IMG/VR virus record: IMGVR_UViG_3300049793_000365
Length of the DNA stretch: 20,000 nt
Reading direction: 5' to 3' (one strand)
From: an uncultured virus (IMG/VR IMGVR_UViG_3300049793_000365)
Taxonomy: Duplodnaviria > Heunggongvirae > Uroviricota > Caudoviricetes
The translations under genes were made by a program, and so were the position numbers. Below, in pieces: positions 1-8,091 of this stretch; the first letter of the stretch is position 1, and each line of letters begins with the position of its first letter. The notes beneath the pieces were generated by a model. It did no database searches and had not been told where the DNA came from. It saw only the letters and a program-made list of their open reading frames with translations.

Positions 1-903
1 AGTCTTTGACATTTTTCGACCATCCTTATCGAGTATAGTACCGTGTACTAATAGTTTGTCTGTCTTTCTAATACCTTCTGACTCAAGAAATGCTTGAAAT
101 ATCACAGCCTGAAATCTTAAGTTATCGGGTCCGCATAATTGTATGACATTATCCCAATTGAAGTTATCAGTCAAATAACCAGCGGCAAAAATATAGTTTA
201 ATAGGGCATCAAACCACACGTAAATTACTTGTGAATCATCACCTGGTACGGAAACACCCCAGGGGCAGTTCTCTACCTTACGAGAAATAGATATATCTTC
301 CGCGCCAATAATTAAATTACGAAGTTCTTCTAATTTATTCTGTGGTTCTAAGAACTCAGTATTCTCATTTAACCATTTTAATAATGTATCTCTGTGTGCC
401 GATAACTTAAAGAAGTAATTCTCTTCTTCAACTTCCTTTATTTCCGTTGTTGGGTGGTCAGGGCATTTTCCGTCAACTAATTCAGAATCTTGTTTGTGTG
501 ATTCACAACCAACACAGTATTTACCCTTGTAGTGACCTTTGTAGATATCACCCTTTTCATAAAATCTGTTCCAGATAACTTTAACTTTATCGTGGTGAGA
601 CTTATCTGATGTTTTGTAGAAAGAGTCATATGATATATTAAACTTAGTACAGAAGTCAATCCATACTTCGGTTAAGTTTTTAATATGTGCCTCTGGTGTG
701 ATACCAAGTTCATTAGCTTTAGACCAAACTTTTAAACCATGTTCATCCAAACCAACATTGAAGTGTACGCTATTACCGCTTGATTTTAACCAACGAGTAA
801 TAGCATCTGCTAAGATGAATTCAAATGAGTGACCTATATGTGGAGCTGAGTTCACATACGGTAATGTTGTTGTTAAAAATATTTTCTTATTGAAGATTTC
901 CAA
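1..903 (-). CDS. metG: Methionyl-tRNA synthetase (class I), N-terminal ~300 aa; continues past the left edge; probable TTG start at 903
   Basis: Manual minus-strand translation: LEIFNKKIFLTTTLPYVNSAPHIGHSFEF (HIGH motif), GLDEHGLKV, Zn knuckle YCVGCE...CPDH, EEENYFFKL, DISISR...WGV, IYVWFDALLNY, VHG...DGRKMSKT (KMSKS-like motif at the window edge). Absent from the ORF track because the stop is outside the window. Confidence 0.95.
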   Translation of the reverse strand, partial: MEIFNKKIFLTTTLPYVNSAPHIGHSFEFILADAITRWLKSSGNSVHFNVGLDEHGLKVWSKANELGITPEAHIKNLTEVWIDFCTKFNISYDSFYKTSDKSHHDKVKVIWNRFYEKGDIYKGHYKGKYCVGCESHKQDSELVDGKCPDHPTTEIKEVEEENYFFKLSAHRDTLLKWLNENTEFLEPQNKLEELRNLIIGAEDISISRKVENCPWGVSVPGDDSQVIYVWFDALLNYIFAAGYLTDNFNWDNVIQLCGPDNLRFQAVIFQAFLESEGIRKTDKLLVHGTILDKDGRKMSKT

Positions 904-921
904 ATTTTTAAAGTTAAGATA

Positions 922-953
922 CAAATATACGGATTTATTTATGAATATCCAAA
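922..953 (-). promoter_or_regulatory. Bacteroidota-type primary-sigma promoter (-33 TTTG / -7 TAnnTTTG) for metG
   Basis: Minus strand TTTG (953-950), 20-nt spacer, TATATTTG (929-922); near-identical copy at 5646-5677. Confidence 0.7.
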
Positions 954-956
954 ATA

Positions 957-965
957 TTATATATA
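957..965 (+). promoter_or_regulatory. Putative late promoter, variant TTATATATA
   Basis: One mismatch to the TAATATATA seen at six other gene starts; 4 nt before ATG 970. Confidence 0.55.
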
Positions 966-969
966 GTGA

Positions 970-1404
970 ATGAAACATCTTAGAAGGCTTAATGAATCAA
1001 CTGAGCAGGCTCAATCAATACTAAAGGAAGTCGAAGAATGTTCAGCATCTTTATATGATTATCTGGAAGATATTGGTATAGAACCATTAACTGATTTAGT
1101 TATTAACCAACACTTGGATTCTACTGGTGGTGATAGTTTTATAACCATAGATATAAATGATATCAATAAGTATAAGGGTGATAGACAACACGTAGGTGTT
1201 AGAATATATTTCGTATTGGATAAAAATAAAAAGGATTCATCAACTATAACTTGGATGGGTGATGATTTGGATAAGTTTTCTAAAATATTAGGTCATATAA
1301 ATCTTATGTCTAAAAAGTTAAGAGGTTATTACTTTAAAGTGAGTCAATCCACGCCACTTAGTTGGCCAGGTGTAACATTTGAAATATTAGTTACGATAGA
1401 ATGA
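970..1404 (+). CDS. Hypothetical protein with N-terminal MKHLRRLNES motif (putative capsid-targeted internal protein)
   Basis: 144-aa ORF; shared N-terminal motif; upstream TTATATATA. Confidence 0.75.
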   Translation: MKHLRRLNESTEQAQSILKEVEECSASLYDYLEDIGIEPLTDLVINQHLDSTGGDSFITIDINDINKYKGDRQHVGVRIYFVLDKNKKDSSTITWMGDDLDKFSKILGHINLMSKKLRGYYFKVSQSTPLSWPGVTFEILVTIE

Positions 1405-1961
1405 GACATTTAAAAACATTTAAATTATTCGAGTCGATAGACAATATCGATGATATACTACAAGCCTTGGTGGATTCTTCATCTATACCTGATATAGATA
1501 ACGAAACAACATATAACGTTTCTGGTTATAACATTTTACACTATGGGTTTGAGGATGTTAGACTGGATGAGCCTGAGATAAACAAAGAGCTTAAGAGAAT
1601 TGAAGCTAAAATATATGAGCATGGATATTTCTTAATGAGCGACTACGACAAAGATAACAATAGATTATTTGTAGCTTTCGTACCAAATGAATTGAATAGA
1701 AACTTCATAGGTATTTCTAAGCTAAATAGTACTGATGATGATGTTAAATCTTATTACAGATTCGATAATGGTAATAGCATATTCGTTTGGGATTTGGATA
1801 AAGATACCAACTTTCATATGAACAGCGATGAGCGTTTTGAAGTCGAAGATGATTTATCATACGACCTGTGGAGAACTAATTCTAAATTATTAATAACATT
1901 CTGTATGTGGAATAACCAATTACATAAGCTAAATGATAAAAATCGTTTCACTAAACACTAA
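1401..1961 (+). CDS. Hypothetical protein with N-terminal MRHLKTFKLFES motif (putative capsid-targeted internal protein)
   Basis: 186-aa acidic ORF; ATGA overlap with the previous gene; shared N-terminal motif. Confidence 0.75.
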   Translation: MRHLKTFKLFESIDNIDDILQALVDSSSIPDIDNETTYNVSGYNILHYGFEDVRLDEPEINKELKRIEAKIYEHGYFLMSDYDKDNNRLFVAFVPNELNRNFIGISKLNSTDDDVKSYYRFDNGNSIFVWDLDKDTNFHMNSDERFEVEDDLSYDLWRTNSKLLITFCMWNNQLHKLNDKNRFTKH

Positions 1962-2013
1962 ACATTTTTCTAATTAACCATATACTAATTCAAAGATAAA
2001 TTTTAATTAGACA

Positions 2014-2973
2014 ATGGAACACATTTTACAAGAAAACAAAGACCGATTTGTATTATTTCCGTTAAAGTATAACGATATATGGGAGATGTACAAAACCGCT
2101 GAACACGCATTCTGGACAGCAGAAGAGATTGATTTAGCACAAGATTTACAGGATTGGGATGCCAAGTTAAACGATGATGAAAGACATTTCATTAAGATGG
2201 TACTTGCTTTCTTTGCGGCTTCTGATGGTATCGTTAATGAGAACTTAGCAGAAAACTTCTTAAAAGAAGTTCAATATCCAGAAGCAAAATGCTTTTATGG
2301 TTTTCAAATCGCAATGGAGAATGTTCACTCAGAAACATATTCATTACTAATTGATACTTACATTAAAGATGCTAAAGAAAAAGATACACTTTTTCATGCT
2401 ATTGATAACTTTCCTTCTATTAAGGAGAAAGCTGATTGGGCTTTGAAGTGGATTGGAAACGGTTCATTTGCTGAGAGATTAATCGCGTTTGCCGCAGTTG
2501 AGGGTATATTCTTCTCCGGTTCATTCTGCTCTATCTTCTGGCTTAAAAAGAGAGGACTTATGCCAGGATTAACTTTTTCAAATGAATTAATTTCAAGAGA
2601 CGAAGGATTACACTGTCAATTTGCTTGCTTGTTATATAACAAGTATATTAAGGATAAGATGAGTGAAGAAAGAGTTAAAGAAATTATCTGCTCTGCTGTT
2701 GATATTGAAAGAGTTTTCATCACTGAGTCTTTACCAGTATCATTAATTGGTATGAATTCAAAACTTATGATTCAGTATATCGAGTATGTTGCTGACTTCT
2801 GGTTACAACAATTGGGTTGTCCTAAGGTATACGGTGTTAGTAATCCGTTTGATTTCATGGACATGATTTCACTTCAAGGTAAAACTAACTTCTTCGAAAA
2901 AAGAGTTGGTGAATACAAGAAGTCCACTGATAAGTCAGTTGATTGGACAAATATGGAAGATACTGATTTTTAA
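2014..2973 (+). CDS. nrdB: Ribonucleotide reductase class Ia beta (R2) subunit
   Basis: [31 protein letters not shown] (Fe ligands and radical Tyr), [18 protein letters not shown]-terminal [10 protein letters not shown]. Confidence 0.97.
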   Translation: MEHILQENKDRFVLFPLKYNDIWEMYKTAEHAFWTAEEIDLAQDLQDWDAKLNDDERHFIKMVLAFFAASDGIVNENLAENFLKEVQYPEAKCFYGFQIAMENVHSETYSLLIDTYIKDAKEKDTLFHAIDNFPSIKEKADWALKWIGNGSFAERLIAFAAVEGIFFSGSFCSIFWLKKRGLMPGLTFSNELISRDEGLHCQFACLLYNKYIKDKMSEERVKEIICSAVDIERVFITESLPVSLIGMNSKLMIQYIEYVADFWLQQLGCPKVYGVSNPFDFMDMISLQGKTNFFEKRVGEYKKSTDKSVDWTNMEDTDF

Positions 2974-2992
2974 TATTTTAGTAATTTTAATA

Positions 2993-3022
2993 AAAAAGAT
3001 AGAAAAAGATAGAAAAAGATAG
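2993..3022 (+). repeat. Tandem repeat AAAAAGATAG x3
   Basis: Exact 10-mer copies at 2993, 3003 and 3013. Confidence 0.9.
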
Positions 3023-3049
3023 CATATTTGTTATCTTTTTCTTATTTTT
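3011..3049 (+). terminator. Putative intrinsic terminator after nrdB
   Basis: AGAAAAAGATAGCA-tatt-TGTTATCTTTTTCT: 14-bp stem with one G:U pair, followed by TATTTTT. The stem is AU-rich. Confidence 0.5.
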
Positions 3050-3055
3050 GGTCAT

Positions 3056-3400
3056 ATGCCTACATTTAATTCGTTTAAGGAATGGTACAGTGAGAACGGT
3101 ACTAAAGAAGAACTAAGTCAATTGAGTAATCTTGAAGTACTCAATGGTTTGAAATCAATAGTGGATATAAAGTCAGCTTTAATCCAATCTCAGAAATATG
3201 AAATGGCGGCTAGAGCCAGGGATTTAGAAAAAACATTATACGACTACATCAACGAACATTACTGTAAACTCGGACTTGGGTTTACTTGTTATAATATGAC
3301 TGATGTACAGTCTATTATTAAATATGAGCTTAAGATAGTTAACCGAAATGAAAGTATCGATAGAATAACAAAAAATGGGTTGTCAGAAGAAGAAGATTGA
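3056..3400 (+). CDS. Small protein with a UVR (UvrB/UvrC; ClpC middle-domain-like) motif and a C-terminal-motif variant
   Basis: IKSALIQSQKYEMAARARDLEKTL fits the UVR pattern K..A...Q.(F/Y)E.AA..RD; near-terminal RNESIDRIT. Confidence 0.65.
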   Translation: MPTFNSFKEWYSENGTKEELSQLSNLEVLNGLKSIVDIKSALIQSQKYEMAARARDLEKTLYDYINEHYCKLGLGFTCYNMTDVQSIIKYELKIVNRNESIDRITKNGLSEEED

Positions 3401-3548
3401 TAAAATAAAAGCTATGTTAATCATAGCCAACGCGAATAAACCAACACAAAAGAGCTTCAAAAGAAGAGAAATTAATTATTATTTCTGTACGGAGTGTAAG
3501 TCATATCACACTACATCACAGAAGCGCAGAAATAGCTCTGTCTCTTAG
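3375..3548 (+). CDS. Small basic Zn-finger-like protein (57 aa), below the ORF-track cutoff
   Basis: Manual translation MGCQKKKIDKIKAMLIIANANKPTQKSFKRREINYYFCTECKSYHTTSQKRRNSSVS*; C...CxxC.xxH ligand set; fills an otherwise empty gap. Confidence 0.65.
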   Translation: MGCQKKKIDKIKAMLIIANANKPTQKSFKRREINYYFCTECKSYHTTSQKRRNSSVS

Positions 3549-4070
3549 TTGTTCTTGGTCTGTATAAAACCAAATGGTTTTCTCATAAGCCATTTTCATT
3601 TGCTTCCAATCTGGAACTGATGTCCACTTACCAAATATATAAACTTCACATGAACCCCAAGGTATCACTGAGTTTATTTCAGAACCTCTTTCAATAATTG
3701 AGCAATAAATACCGTCTTTGCTATATTTAGGATTAGCATTACATAGATATTCAACATTCCACATCCATGTGCGTGGTCTATCTACAAATCTAAACTCAAC
3801 TGTTTGGTCACACGGTAGAGTTTCTACGTGCATTGCTATTTTTGGATATGAGATTTTGTGTATTTTTCTATCATTATCCCAGTGAGATACTTGGTATAAA
3901 AATGTTTCACCGAAACTAAGATTGAATAATTTTGGAATAGTATTTTTACCCCAGAAACTATTCTTATCGAAGATAGGATCTATATCAGCTAATTCAATAT
4001 ATTTGTTTTTACTTTCGAGGGCTTTGTTGTATGCGTCTTTCGACATTTTACTATATTCTTCGTCACTCAT
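3516..4070 (-). CDS. Hypothetical protein with C-terminal motif (LRDRAISALL*)
   Basis: 184-aa ORF, last gene of the minus-strand operon starting at 5627. Confidence 0.75.
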   Translation of the reverse strand: MSDEEYSKMSKDAYNKALESKNKYIELADIDPIFDKNSFWGKNTIPKLFNLSFGETFLYQVSHWDNDRKIHKISYPKIAMHVETLPCDQTVEFRFVDRPRTWMWNVEYLCNANPKYSKDGIYCSIIERGSEINSVIPWGSCEVYIFGKWTSVPDWKQMKMAYEKTIWFYTDQEQLRDRAISALL

Positions 4071-4516
4071 ATTATCTCATTCAATTTTATATCCCTAAAT
4101 TTACTTCTAACGCTGGGTAAGTCGTTAAAGCACACTTTCTTTCCCTTGTCCGGGTTAATTGCAAAGAATGGTTGACCCCATTCTCTATATTCACTATCTG
4201 TACATAAGAAGCGATGCCAATATGTATATAAGTTATTACCACAATCGTTTAGATATCTACCAACAATTCCTTGTCTGTGTACCTTTTCTTCGAGAAAAAT
4301 ATCTTGTTTCAAAACCTCATAACAATATTGAAGAAAGAGCTTTTGACACTTTTCTACTACCTCAGGACTGTGTTGAATATACCCGGAACCATTCGCAAAA
4401 CTTGGTGTATCGGATTTATTTAAATCACTGTCGATTAATGATGTCAGACCTATAACCATTGGTGCTAATATCTCACAACATCTTTTATCTATCTCTTTGT
4501 TATCAATTTTTTGCAT
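4067..4516 (-). CDS. Hypothetical protein with C-terminal motif (FRDIKLNEII*)
   Basis: 149-aa ORF overlapping both neighbours in the operon. Confidence 0.75.
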   Translation of the reverse strand: MQKIDNKEIDKRCCEILAPMVIGLTSLIDSDLNKSDTPSFANGSGYIQHSPEVVEKCQKLFLQYCYEVLKQDIFLEEKVHRQGIVGRYLNDCGNNLYTYWHRFLCTDSEYREWGQPFFAINPDKGKKVCFNDLPSVRSKFRDIKLNEII

Positions 4517-4941
4517 AATTCTATATTTATGTTCTGAAATTCATTTAAAACAGGGGTAGCTTCTTCGAGAGTAACCCATTTAAAGTCATCCATTTCGTGA
4601 AATACTGCTTTACCATCGCGATATACCCAAGAGTGACACTTGAGTTCATGTTTGTCAAAAGAATCGTTTACCTTAACTAAAAATCCCTTTAGATACTTAT
4701 TAGTATTTCTATATCTGACATAATCAAATGGGACTACCGTTTCAATTTTAGAACTGAAGTCTTTTAAATCAACGTTTGTCTCTTCCCATAATTCTCTCAC
4801 TGCTACTTCATACTCAGAAGTTTCACCATCATCAATTCTACCTTTTGGTATTGACCAAACATTTGGACCATGATTCGTAGGATGAGCAATAAGTAGCTTA
4901 TTCTCATTATTGAACAAATATATACCGCAACTAATCTTCAT
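4489..4941 (-). CDS. NUDIX hydrolase
   Basis: WSIPKGRIDDGETSEYEVAVRELWEETNV Nudix box; C-terminal EMDDFKWV. Confidence 0.9.
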   Translation of the reverse strand: MKISCGIYLFNNENKLLIAHPTNHGPNVWSIPKGRIDDGETSEYEVAVRELWEETNVDLKDFSSKIETVVPFDYVRYRNTNKYLKGFLVKVNDSFDKHELKCHSWVYRDGKAVFHEMDDFKWVTLEEATPVLNEFQNINIELCKKLITKR

Positions 4942-5470
4942 CTATTATACTGTTTACTTTTAATTCTCTTAACAATGCTTCAAGGTTGACTTTATATGAG
5001 TCAACTGGTATGTCATTTCTGTACATATATATCGTTAATAGCTTATCGTCACTATATGTACTTACAACATTTATATCCTTCTCAAATGGTGGATAGTGCC
5101 AATTGAATGTATAGTCAAATTTTTCATCAAGTTTTTTAACTACATATTTAAATACAGACCTCAGACCACCAAATGCTAAATCATTATCTACAAGTGTTAT
5201 AAACCCACCAACGGTTTCGTCTATATAATCTGTTATTTGTAATTCTCTCATTATTTTTGAATTATGTTTCTTTACCCATCCCAACGTTTCGAATTTACTA
5301 TTGAGCAACATATCCAAACTATATTTATATGGCGTTGCCATTTGAGTATCTTTGAAAGAATACGTTTCATCCGGATTCATAAATAATATAGAGCCATCAG
5401 ATATCCTTCGTATCTGTGCCGCTACATATCCGAATTTCTCGGCTTCTTCTTTAGATTTAAACCCACTCAT
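4931..5470 (-). CDS. Hypothetical protein with C-terminal motif (LRELKVNSIIDED*); start revised to ATG 5470
   Basis: The track start (GTG 5506) lies well inside the upstream small ORF; ATG at 5470 (MSGFKSKEE...) overlaps only its last codons, like other coupled genes here. Confidence 0.7.
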   Translation of the reverse strand: MSGFKSKEEAEKFGYVAAQIRRISDGSILFMNPDETYSFKDTQMATPYKYSLDMLLNSKFETLGWVKKHNSKIMRELQITDYIDETVGGFITLVDNDLAFGGLRSVFKYVVKKLDEKFDYTFNWHYPPFEKDINVVSTYSDDKLLTIYMYRNDIPVDSYKVNLEALLRELKVNSIIDED

Positions 5471-5627
5471 TCTTGTGTTTTGGTTTACGTGTATATGTTT
5501 TGGCACTTTTGTGTACGCGATTCATATTACAACGTGTACCTTCTTCTATTTCAATGTTTCGCCTAACAGTACGCTCTATATTGAGAATTTGGTCTTTTGT
5601 TATTTTTATATTTTTGAGCTTTTTCAT
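5457..5627 (-). CDS. Small basic protein (56 aa) with ArfA-like C-terminal motif, below the ORF-track cutoff
   Basis: Manual translation MKKLKNIKITKDQILNIERTVRRNIEIEEGTRCNMNRVHKSAKTYTRKPKHKNEWV*; directly downstream of the promoter at 5646-5677; AAGGTGAG just upstream of the ATG. Confidence 0.75.
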   Translation of the reverse strand: MKKLKNIKITKDQILNIERTVRRNIEIEEGTRCNMNRVHKSAKTYTRKPKHKNEWV

Positions 5628-5645
5628 ATCTCACCTTTTATTTCG

Positions 5646-5677
5646 TAAATATACGGATTTTATTTAAAATAACCAAG
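5646..5677 (-). promoter_or_regulatory. Second copy of the Bacteroidota-type promoter
   Basis: Exact 14-bp match AAATCCGTATATTT (minus) to 923-936, TTGG at the same offset, same 19-nt gap to the start codon; the -7 box is the variant TATATTTA. Confidence 0.65.
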
Positions 5678-5706
5678 ATTCTTTAGTAAACAAACAGCGA
5701 ATATTC

Positions 5707-5715
5707 TAATATATA
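5707..5715 (+). promoter_or_regulatory. Putative late promoter TAATATATA
   Basis: Recurrent intergenic motif; 22 nt before ATG 5738. Confidence 0.6.
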
Positions 5716-5737
5716 AAGAAAAATAACACTGAATCCA

Positions 5738-6139
5738 ATGATTAAGGTAAAGAATTCACAATTAGACAGCGAAACATTAGACGTAATCAATAAAATTATT
5801 GACCAGAAAATAAAAGCCTCTGCTGCTTTCAAGTTAGCTCGAATAGTTAAAGATTTGTCTTCTATTGTTGAAGAGAAGATGAAGCAAGAAAAGCGCATTC
5901 TTGAGAAATGGGCAGAAAAAGATGCTGATGGTACAATTTTATCGCCACAAGATGCTGATGGTAAGGTAATCCCTAACTCAGTTAAGATTATGGATATGAA
6001 CGCATTCAACCAGGATATGATTGATTTGATGGAAGTTGAAAATGAACTTACTCACACATTATTAAAATTTGATGAGCTTGGTTTAGAAACAGATATCACA
6101 ACAAAAGAATTACTTAAAATTGACTTTTTATTTGAATAA
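5738..6139 (+). CDS. Phage helical protein, possibly DUF1617-like (often near tail genes)
   Basis: 133-aa ORF; AAFKLARIVKDL...EKRILEKWAEKDADG pattern; family assignment from memory only. Confidence 0.55.
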   Translation: MIKVKNSQLDSETLDVINKIIDQKIKASAAFKLARIVKDLSSIVEEKMKQEKRILEKWAEKDADGTILSPQDADGKVIPNSVKIMDMNAFNQDMIDLMEVENELTHTLLKFDELGLETDITTKELLKIDFLFE

Positions 6140-6603
6140 TGAATCAAATATTATCTACTTATGAGAAGCATAGGGATGATGTCTACAAAGCAATGAATAA
6201 GAATCCAGATGCCGTCTATTATTTTAAAGACGGCATTCTTTTTTTGATACTTCATTCTGAACACTCATCTAATCGAAAATATGGTTTTACAAAGGTTCCA
6301 TTGTCGGAGTATTTCGATGATTGGTACAATACCGTTAATGGTATGATTGATTATATATGTACATCAAGTGTTGTTTCGCAATTCGGTGGTGTTCATAAAT
6401 ACACTACCTACGATTTTGACTCACTTGTTGAACTTGAATCATTTCTTAAAGAGAAATATATGACACATAATATAACCATATCATATTTTGACTGTCTAAA
6501 ACACAATGATGTACAAGATATTATACAATATCGAATAGTAGCAAATCTATTTGAGACCAAACAGAAAACCAGAAAGGTTAAACTGGAAGACTTATTGAGT
6601 TGA
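6139..6603 (+). CDS. Hypothetical protein with C-terminal motif (TRKVKLEDLLS*)
   Basis: 154-aa ORF; TAATG coupling to the previous gene. Confidence 0.75.
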   Translation: MNQILSTYEKHRDDVYKAMNKNPDAVYYFKDGILFLILHSEHSSNRKYGFTKVPLSEYFDDWYNTVNGMIDYICTSSVVSQFGGVHKYTTYDFDSLVELESFLKEKYMTHNITISYFDCLKHNDVQDIIQYRIVANLFETKQKTRKVKLEDLLS

Positions 6604-6609
6604 CAAAAA

Positions 6610-6618
6610 TAATATATA
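6610..6618 (+). promoter_or_regulatory. Putative late promoter TAATATATA
   Basis: Recurrent motif; 23 nt upstream of the structural-like gene pair. Confidence 0.65.
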
Positions 6619-6641
6619 CTTAAAATCTTTAAAGTGTATTA

Positions 6642-8078
6642 ATGTCAACATATAGTATAAATAATGGTCAAATCACAGAAGCAGTAAAACTGAACAATTT
6701 ACAAGATGTATTTATTGGTTTACCTGATAATACCTCTAAGTTAATTGCTCCAGTTGATGTTAGAAATGCTGTTTACACAACATGGGAGAATATCTTATTG
6801 AAGTCAACCATAGTTGGTTCTTCATCTGTTGTATATACTGGCTATGATTTATCTAATCTGAGACAGAAATTTTACTTCGGTAAAAAGACTAACTTGGGTA
6901 TGGATATTATGACCAATACTTTATTAAGTGGTACTATATCAGATGTTGACGTATTTTTTTACAATAATAAATCTGATGTTGATACAAATCAGAATACTAA
7001 GATTGCTTTCTTAGCTGGTACAACATCTTATAACTTTGCTAATGCTCCATATATCGAAGCAAGACAAGTTACTTTCCCATCTTCTATCGATTTATACATA
7101 AATAACACTGGTTATATCGGATTCGGTATGACTGCTGGTAAGATTGATATTGATGCGGCTTTGGTAAGCATAAAGGGTGTTAGATATCCAGTTGCTCCTA
7201 CTAGTAGTAGTTTGTTTTTAACAACGGACATTGCTGGTAATGCTTTTTGGGCATCACCTACTATCACAAATATTAGTAATCCAGGCGCAACAGTTTCAAT
7301 TGTTGGTTCTCCTGTTTTAGTTAATGGTTATCCATTAGAATATACAAACGCATTTCCGTCACAAGTTACGGTTGGTGGTATACCAGCGGGTACTACATTT
7401 AGTAATGTATCTGTTTCACAGATGTTTGATAGTATTTTCTATCCTTACTTAACACCAATTATATCATTGAACACAAGTACATTGGTTTATGAATATGGTT
7501 CATCTTTTGCACCACAATTATTCTGGTCAATACAAGCAAGAACTTTAGATGTTACATCAGCTACGTTAAGTGGTGCTGTATCTCCTATATTACCTGGTGT
7601 TTCAGCGTCAAGTACGTTATCAGGAACATCGTCATCATTGAGTATAACAACTACTAACCCAACAGCAAGTTGGACGTTAGACGTATCTGATGGTACTGTT
7701 TCAGTTGCTACAACAATCGTAGCTACAAGAGTATTTCCATTCTTTTATGGTATGACATCAGCCGCTACAATGAGTGGTGTTACATTATACACTAATTTAA
7801 CAAAAGATATAGATGGCTTTAGTGATAAAGCATATTTATATAGTGGTATAAATGAGTTTATGTATTTTGCATATCCATCAACATATGGTACTGTATCTGA
7901 AATATTTGACCAGAACTTATATCAAGTGTATAATCATGCTGGTGGTGGAGCATTCACATATTCATTATCAACAGTAGCAAGTACAGGATTAGGTAGTAAC
8001 TGGTCTACAAGCTTTTATGTATATAAAACAAATTTATCAACATCTAACTACGGATACCAATTCCAGTTTGTGTTTTAA
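6642..8078 (+). CDS. Putative virion structural protein (tail fibre/appendage-like)
   Basis: 478 aa, very rich in S/T/G/aromatics and poor in charge; fibre-like LTTDIAGNAFW segment; VGGIPAGTTFSN...MFDSIFYPY segment; Ig-like C-terminal half. Confidence 0.65.
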   Translation: MSTYSINNGQITEAVKLNNLQDVFIGLPDNTSKLIAPVDVRNAVYTTWENILLKSTIVGSSSVVYTGYDLSNLRQKFYFGKKTNLGMDIMTNTLLSGTISDVDVFFYNNKSDVDTNQNTKIAFLAGTTSYNFANAPYIEARQVTFPSSIDLYINNTGYIGFGMTAGKIDIDAALVSIKGVRYPVAPTSSSLFLTTDIAGNAFWASPTITNISNPGATVSIVGSPVLVNGYPLEYTNAFPSQVTVGGIPAGTTFSNVSVSQMFDSIFYPYLTPIISLNTSTLVYEYGSSFAPQLFWSIQARTLDVTSATLSGAVSPILPGVSASSTLSGTSSSLSITTTNPTASWTLDVSDGTVSVATTIVATRVFPFFYGMTSAATMSGVTLYTNLTKDIDGFSDKAYLYSGINEFMYFAYPSTYGTVSEIFDQNLYQVYNHAGGGAFTYSLSTVASTGLGSNWSTSFYVYKTNLSTSNYGYQFQFVF

Positions 8079-8091
8079 AAATAATTAAGTT

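Noticed and set aside
477..659. 60-aa minus-strand ORF in the track
   Set aside because: Out-of-frame ORF inside metG.
2014..2973. Eukaryotic or giant-virus origin suggested by the eukaryote-like R2 sequence
   Set aside because: This R2 subtype also occurs in bacteria, and overlapping operonic genes, yeaGH and bacterial promoters point to a bacteriophage.
2993..3042. CRISPR-like or iteron array
   Set aside because: Only three adjacent 10-mers with no spacers; better explained as a duplicated hairpin arm.
5471..5506. GTG start at 5506 for the 191-aa ORF
   Set aside because: It falls inside the ArfA-like ORF; ATG 5470 gives the short overlap typical of this window.
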